Position numbers and translations under genes: made by a program | From: an uncultured bacterium | GTDB taxonomy: Bacteria > Latescibacterota > UBA2968 | DNA length: 54,601 bases | Reading direction: 5' to 3' | Assembly (NCBI GenBank): GCA_964471275.1 | Contig: CAYYGZ010000003.1 | Span: 1-54,601, forward strand | Notes under the pieces: model-generated | What the model saw: the letters and a program-made list of their open reading frames with translations, nothing else | Told to the model about the DNA's origin: nothing | Database searches by the model: none | Shown: piece after piece, positions 49,336 through 54,601 of the stretch | Layout of the letters: each line of letters starts with the position of its first letter | How positions within the stretch are numbered: the stretch's first letter is position 1

Positions 49336-49530
49336 CCTCTTTCCTCTCGTTTCGCCTGAATACGGGTAGAGAATCCTTCGTTCCGACGTTTGATATCACA
49401 CCATCCACAAAAGAGTGGACAGCCGTTCAGAATCACACTTCTAATAGGTGTCCGTATTCGCACCCAGGCAGCAAGCGAGTCATCGGCCCGGATCACATCT
49501 CAACACAGCTGCACGAGGAATGGGCACACC

Positions 49531-51063
49531 ATGCCAAACACATCATTGTCGGATTTGTCACCGAATGCACGTGACCTTGCAGAACAGTCACTTACCTGGT
49601 CCGAACGCCTCTGGGATCCGGAAGGAGGTCTGCTCCTGTCTCACCGACCCTCCGACGGCGGCAGTCGACCCAAGCAGGGCGTGCGTAACTCTGTCTGGAC
49701 AGCCGTCGGCTTCCTCCTGCGCAATGCTGAAGGTGAAACGGACAGGGCAGTCAAGACCATACACGCGATCATCGACGCACAGCTCGACGAGCCCGGCATG
49801 CCCTACCACGGAACATTCTACCGATGGATCGGCGAACCGCACCCGCCCGGCATGAACGCCGTGATGTGGAAAGACTATGACCCCAACTGGCGGCAGTTCA
49901 TCGGCCTGGGGCTGGCAACCATCCTGGAAGAATACGTGGATCGACTCCCGAGCGACCTGGTCGAGCGAATCGAACGGTCACTCGAACTGGCGGTCGTTGG
50001 CGAACATCCGGATCGATGTCCTGCCCGTTACACCAACATCGCCCTGATGAAGACGGCCATGAGCTACTGGGTCGGAAAGCGACTGGGCAATCAGGACATG
50101 GTCGACTACGGTGAATCGTTCGGACGAGATGTCTACGATCTCTTCAGGCAAACCGACGCTTACGCGGAATACAACTCGCCTACCTACTACGGCACGAACT
50201 TCTATGCCCTTGGTTTCTGGCGGCGCTACCTCAGTGAAAGCCCGCTGCACGAGATGGGTGCGTATATGGAAGCCGAACTCTGGCGAGACATGGCGCGATG
50301 CTACCACGCCGGCCTGCGGAATCTGTGTGGGCCCTTCACGCGCAGCTACGGTATGGACATGACCCGTTATACGGCGCTCGTCAGCTTGGCCTTCTGGATG
50401 GCTTTTGGCAAGAACACCACGCCTTTCCCGACAAACGACCGGAGCCCCACCCGACGTCACGGAATCGATTCCGAATTCGCCTACGGTCCGTGCATGGCGA
50501 TATACGATTCGAATGCGCCTGAAGACGTGGCCGATGCGTTTGCCGCCTTCGTCGGTCCTCGTCAGAACAGGAAGCAGATCACCGTCGACCCCAGCCGCGT
50601 CGCAACCACGTGGATGGAAGACACCTACATGCTTGGTGCCGAATCCAGTGGAGGCTACCATTTCCACAGCTACCAGTATCACCCCGCGACGGCACACTGG
50701 CAATGTGACAACGGTGAAGTTGGCTGGCTCCGGCTCAAACATATCGGCCCGATCGATGCGCGTGTCGAGGAGGGCATTATCTCGTTCAGTGCCCCTGTCA
50801 GTAAGGATATCACCGCGCGTGAGGGGGACAGCACAACCTTCACCTTTGACGTCTACGCACCCGGACTGCAGATCGACGCTGTTTCCAAGAGTAAATGGAA
50901 TCTGCCCGGCATGACCATCAGCGTGACAACAGACCTGGAGTCTCCAACGGTTGAACTAGACGAGGAGGTCCTATCGATCACCTACACGGCGAATTCGGGG
51001 ACCGTTGATTTCGAGCTGACATTCAGCAGAACCCGGCGCTACAAGCAGTCTGTTAAAGAATAG
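49531..51063 (+). CDS. Conserved hypothetical protein (510 aa)
   Basis: Long ORF with YDPNWRQFIG, YTNIALM, EYNSPTYYG, LCGPFTRSYG and QYHPATAHW motifs; start ATG 49531. Confidence 0.8.
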   Translation: MPNTSLSDLSPNARDLAEQSLTWSERLWDPEGGLLLSHRPSDGGSRPKQGVRNSVWTAVGFLLRNAEGETDRAVKTIHAIIDAQLDEPGMPYHGTFYRWIGEPHPPGMNAVMWKDYDPNWRQFIGLGLATILEEYVDRLPSDLVERIERSLELAVVGEHPDRCPARYTNIALMKTAMSYWVGKRLGNQDMVDYGESFGRDVYDLFRQTDAYAEYNSPTYYGTNFYALGFWRRYLSESPLHEMGAYMEAELWRDMARCYHAGLRNLCGPFTRSYGMDMTRYTALVSLAFWMAFGKNTTPFPTNDRSPTRRHGIDSEFAYGPCMAIYDSNAPEDVADAFAAFVGPRQNRKQITVDPSRVATTWMEDTYMLGAESSGGYHFHSYQYHPATAHWQCDNGEVGWLRLKHIGPIDARVEEGIISFSAPVSKDITAREGDSTTFTFDVYAPGLQIDAVSKSKWNLPGMTISVTTDLESPTVELDEEVLSITYTANSGTVDFELTFSRTRRYKQSVKE

Positions 51064-51195
51064 ACACCTCTCCCGCATAGGGGATGCCACCATTTCTACT
51101 TCCTGTCATCGATCCGTTCCTGTCTCAGCGACGCTCAGCTGGAACTCACCGACTGGATGCGAACTGTGAAATGGAACGGCTGACGTAGAACAGAA

Positions 51196-51243
51196 ACCAT
51201 CTCCCGCGTAACGGGAGATGGTAGATCGCGACCCGTCGCGATC
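51196..51243. terminator. Tandem hairpins between convergent genes
   Basis: ACCATCTCCCG-CGTAA-CGGGAGATGGT (11-bp stem) followed by GATCGCGA-CCCG-TCGCGATC (8-bp stem). Confidence 0.6.
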
Positions 51244-51278
51244 GGGTGAGGGCCCGCCTCACCTTCAGTTGTCTATCC

Positions 51279-54200
51279 CTACGCTTCTCTCGATCTCAAC
51301 GCAGTATACACACCCACCAATACTGGCAGCAGACCGATCAGGACGACGACAGCACCGTTCGCCTGATACCAGAGAATCTCGGCGTCCATCGTCAGTAGAC
51401 CGTGGGATACGTTGGGCTCGAACACGGAGCTGATGAAATAGGCCAGCAGGTTGAACCGCGTCACATAGCGGATAATGCCTGCTGTGAGGAGGCCCTGGAC
51501 AACTGTGATGCCCACAATCACGAAACCGTGCGTCAGGTCTTTTGACATCCCGATCTGTTGAATGCAGCCGACACCGATAAAGATTGTGAACACCCACTTC
51601 CACTCCTTCACCACACGCTTGACGATCAGCACTGCGGCAACCGTCCCCAGGAACCCGGCCAAACCCGACAGAACATCGTCAACGCCGTTGACCGCAGGCA
51701 ACAGATCGTGCATCCAGGGCAAAGAGTACGGATTTGTATCACCATACTGAGGAAAGTGGAAATGCTTCACGTGCACGCGGACCGCGGCCACGGCCCGAGG
51801 AACCATTACCAGGGCAGCTGCGCCCAGACAACTGTCCAGCAAGAGAGGACCGTATCCCTCCCCCCTTCGGAACCGGCCGAACCAGGTCAGCAGATCGGCG
51901 TGATCCGGAACCAGGTCTTTCTGAAGCGCCACAGCAAGGGCAGCGAGTGCGGCCACCAGTCCCGGCACGATCGCTAACATCGTGACGAAGCCAACCGCCT
52001 TCAGTCCCAGGAAGGTCGACATTGATTGACTCGTCTTGAAACCGAGAAAGAAGGTAGGGATCCCGTTGATCTGACCGATCACCTGTGAGATGGCAACGAG
52101 CACACCGATAACGATCGCACCCCGCCAGACGATGGACCCGTCCCGGTAGTATCGGAAGAAATAGGTTGTGCCAAACACGACCAGTGCGACCACGCAAAGA
52201 ATGCCGACAACACCAACGACTGCCTCTTTGACACCGTTCTCTCGGAACTCACGCAGAAAAGTCTCGGGTGCTTTGAAGCCGAATGACGCGCTTCCGATCG
52301 AGTCGCCCTGCACACCGGCCCTGACACGAAACTCTCCCTCGCCGACGCGCTCGGTGAAGCGTTCCCAGACGAACGAATGATCGAGTCGATGCTCCCGCTT
52401 GTCGGAGCTCGCTTCTATCCTTTTGAAGAGGGTTGTGTCCGTTACGTCGAGGTTGAAGTGTCTGGACAGAGCGGACACCGCAATCCCCTGAGCTTCCTCA
52501 GACGACAGCTCGGCACCGGGAAGGTTGTCCGGCAACACACGCTGGAATGATGCCAGTTTACCCGTCGGCTCAAGGGCCACCCGAAGCTCAGTCTTATCGA
52601 GAGGCATGAAGGCCCGGTATTTCCATCGTCGTGGTGTGAGGTAGGCGGTCACCAAAGAGTCCGCACGAGCGACACCCACGCGCTGGGTCAGATACGCAAG
52701 CTCGTCAACCCCGAGCGCGTCCCAGTAGTTCGCATACTCGTATCGGCCCTCGAGCTCCCAACCCAGATCGTCCAGAACAGCGTTCGCTCGCGTGATCACC
52801 TCCCTATGATCGATCGATACAACCAAGGTCTCCTTGCCCAGCCGAGGTGTATCCAAAATCTGGATCAGGGCTAGACTCGAAACGAATGCGGCCGCCGCGA
52901 CCAATCGCTGAGTCGCTGTGAGCACATACGTATTCGCGGACACAGATACTGAGGTTGGAACATCGGAGACGCTCCGCTCAGTGGCCGCTGGCGGCAGGGG
53001 ATTTGCCTGCTCGGGATCTTCCTCGTCCTCCGTTTCGGCCACCCCCCTCCTCCGCAACGCACTTCCAAACGCGATCAGAACGGGGATACAGAGTAAACCG
53101 ATCACCACGATACCGGATGTCTGGAAATAGAGACTCGACGACCGAAGCATCGGGAAAGAACTGACGAAGGCGTTGTAGGCATAGTGAGCGACAATCGTCG
53201 TCCAGATCCCCCAGCGAAGGAAGACATAGCCGAAACCGATACCGACGATGGTCAGCTCGATCCCCCGTGTGTAGATCGGCTCAACGGGGTAGCTGGAGTG
53301 GAGGAACCCCCAGACCAGGGCAGGGATCAGGACGGCCAACCACCTGATCTTCAACCACCTGAGCATCAACGAGACCGCCAGGAGCCGGAAGAAGAATTCC
53401 TCTTGTGCCGCTGCAGAGAGACCAACCAGAAGTGGGTATGCCCAGGGGAATGTTGTGCTGAAGGCGTTGTCGTATTCGATCACATATGCTGGAGACCACA
53501 CACCGAACAGCTCGGTCCCGAGATAGTAGAAAAGGATCAGGAACCCGAGCATCGTGCCTGCCAGACCATATCCGATCAGCGTTGATCGCACATACTGCCC
53601 AGTCACGAGGTTCTTCAGTGAAAGCCGTGAATAGAATCTGCCCAAACCGAACACATCACGAGTAATCCAGGCACCGGCAGTACCGCTCAAAGTGACCACC
53701 GCACCGGAGAACACGGAAGCGAGCGTCAGGACCAGGATGATCATGACATAGAACGACGTCATGGACATGATCGTGCTGTAGTTGTACTTGAGCAACGGAA
53801 GGGAATTTATCTGTGCGAGAAGCACTACAGCGAGGACGGCCATACCCAGGATCGTACTGGATCGCCACTGCAGGCCACCCGCACGATACCGCTGAGCGAG
53901 AATGACCAGGGCCGCGATACCGAGTGCAACCCAGCAGACCATGAAGACCGATGTCAGAAGACCGGCCTGTGATCTTGTCTTCTCGAAGGCGCGTTTGAAT
54001 GTCTCGGGAACGTGCAGGAATTCCCGGAACCCACCGACACGATCTCCCTGCACAGTGACCGTCATCCGGTAGTGCCCGTCATCGCCGACTGCAAAATCCG
54101 TCTTCCGATACGTGAACGTATGGTCTGTTCTCGCAGTATGTTCTTCACTCGATCTTTCGACCTCTTCCCAGGTATCTCGGCTGAAATCCTGTGTCTCAAA

Positions 54201-54601
54201 GGCAAATGACTCGGCTATGGCTTGCGCATCCGATTCCGTGAGACTCGCGCCGGCATCCTCGTCCAGGATTCGATGATCGTAATAAACAACGCGGCCGCCC
54301 GGATCGAGGTGAACGTGGACCTCTTCCTTCTCGAGCGGCTGATACCAACGTATTTGCCATTTATATATTGAGACCCATTCTCTCGCGAGCCGATTGGTCT
54401 CCTTCAGACCGACCGATTTCTGAAGGAAGATTTGCGACATCATGTCTGGCGCGAAGATCTGCGCGTTCTCGAACACACTCAAATCGTGTCCTCGGGAGGC
54501 AGCATAGGACTGCGCCTCCGAAAACGCTTCGTCGCGACTGATCTTGAAATCGAGCGATGCCACCGGTATCGCATGATCGTAATGATTCAGGAACGCCCAG
54601 A
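51279..54601 (-). CDS. Large CPBP (CAAX/Abi) family intramembrane metalloprotease, 5'-truncated by the window edge
   Basis: AQEEFFFR, WGFLHSSY and IVAHYAYN catalytic motifs; the frame stays open to the window end (WAFLNHYDHAIPV...); more than 1100 aa with an internal repeat. Confidence 0.85.
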   Translation of the reverse strand, partial: WAFLNHYDHAIPVASLDFKISRDEAFSEAQSYAASRGHDLSVFENAQIFAPDMMSQIFLQKSVGLKETNRLAREWVSIYKWQIRWYQPLEKEEVHVHLDPGGRVVYYDHRILDEDAGASLTESDAQAIAESFAFETQDFSRDTWEEVERSSEEHTARTDHTFTYRKTDFAVGDDGHYRMTVTVQGDRVGGFREFLHVPETFKRAFEKTRSQAGLLTSVFMVCWVALGIAALVILAQRYRAGGLQWRSSTILGMAVLAVVLLAQINSLPLLKYNYSTIMSMTSFYVMIILVLTLASVFSGAVVTLSGTAGAWITRDVFGLGRFYSRLSLKNLVTGQYVRSTLIGYGLAGTMLGFLILFYYLGTELFGVWSPAYVIEYDNAFSTTFPWAYPLLVGLSAAAQEEFFFRLLAVSLMLRWLKIRWLAVLIPALVWGFLHSSYPVEPIYTRGIELTIVGIGFGYVFLRWGIWTTIVAHYAYNAFVSSFPMLRSSSLYFQTSGIVVIGLLCIPVLIAFGSALRRRGVAETEDEEDPEQANPLPPAATERSVSDVPTSVSVSANTYVLTATQRLVAAAAFVSSLALIQILDTPRLGKETLVVSIDHREVITRANAVLDDLGWELEGRYEYANYWDALGVDELAYLTQRVGVARADSLVTAYLTPRRWKYRAFMPLDKTELRVALEPTGKLASFQRVLPDNLPGAELSSEEAQGIAVSALSRHFNLDVTDTTLFKRIEASSDKREHRLDHSFVWERFTERVGEGEFRVRAGVQGDSIGSASFGFKAPETFLREFRENGVKEAVVGVVGILCVVALVVFGTTYFFRYYRDGSIVWRGAIVIGVLVAISQVIGQINGIPTFFLGFKTSQSMSTFLGLKAVGFVTMLAIVPGLVAALAALAVALQKDLVPDHADLLTWFGRFRRGEGYGPLLLDSCLGAAALVMVPRAVAAVRVHVKHFHFPQYGDTNPYSLPWMHDLLPAVNGVDDVLSGLAGFLGTVAAVLIVKRVVKEWKWVFTIFIGVGCIQQIGMSKDLTHGFVIVGITVVQGLLTAGIIRYVTRFNLLAYFISSVFEPNVSHGLLTMDAEILWYQANGAVVVLIGLLPVLVGVYTALRSREA

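Noticed and set aside
1..54601. CRISPR array, tRNA, rRNA, prophage or IS element
   Set aside because: No regularly spaced direct repeats, cloverleaf or rRNA-like sequence, and no integrase, transposase or phage genes seen on manual reading.

Overview
A GC-rich bacterial scaffold of roughly 45 coding loci, with four short N-gaps (261-270, 12293-12302, 23080-23089, 40575-40587) that suggest a short-read scaffolded or metagenomic assembly. It is almost entirely catabolic accessory genes: four Cys-type sulfatases, a heparinase II/III-like lyase, a BNR/sialidase-like gene, amidohydrolases, three Gfo/Idh/MocA oxidoreductases, SDR and MDR dehydrogenases, enolase-superfamily, UxuA-like, DHDPS-like and HpcH-like enzymes, two UROD/MtaA-like proteins and several large uncharacterised proteins. 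A few housekeeping genes are also present (pyrD, pdxH, pdxJ, and a divergent glyA-like gene). The gene mix resembles marine Latescibacterota/Poribacteria/PVC-type polymer degraders, but that is inference only. I found no rRNA, tRNA, CRISPR array, integrase or transposase. The most notable observations are: (1) a sigma54-type promoter upstream of a STAS (anti-sigma-antagonist-like) gene split exactly at a G11 tract, a candidate phase-variable switch; (2) about nine broken or remnant genes, including an MlrC-like relic and a P-loop kinase N-terminus missed by the ORF track; (3) a ~60-bp REP-like element in two near-identical inverted copies between convergent genes; (4) an SHMT-fold enzyme lacking canonical SHMT motifs; (5) a CPBP intramembrane protease built from a tandem duplication. 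No complete novel system can be proven from the sequence alone, and assembly error is a live alternative for every frameshift.
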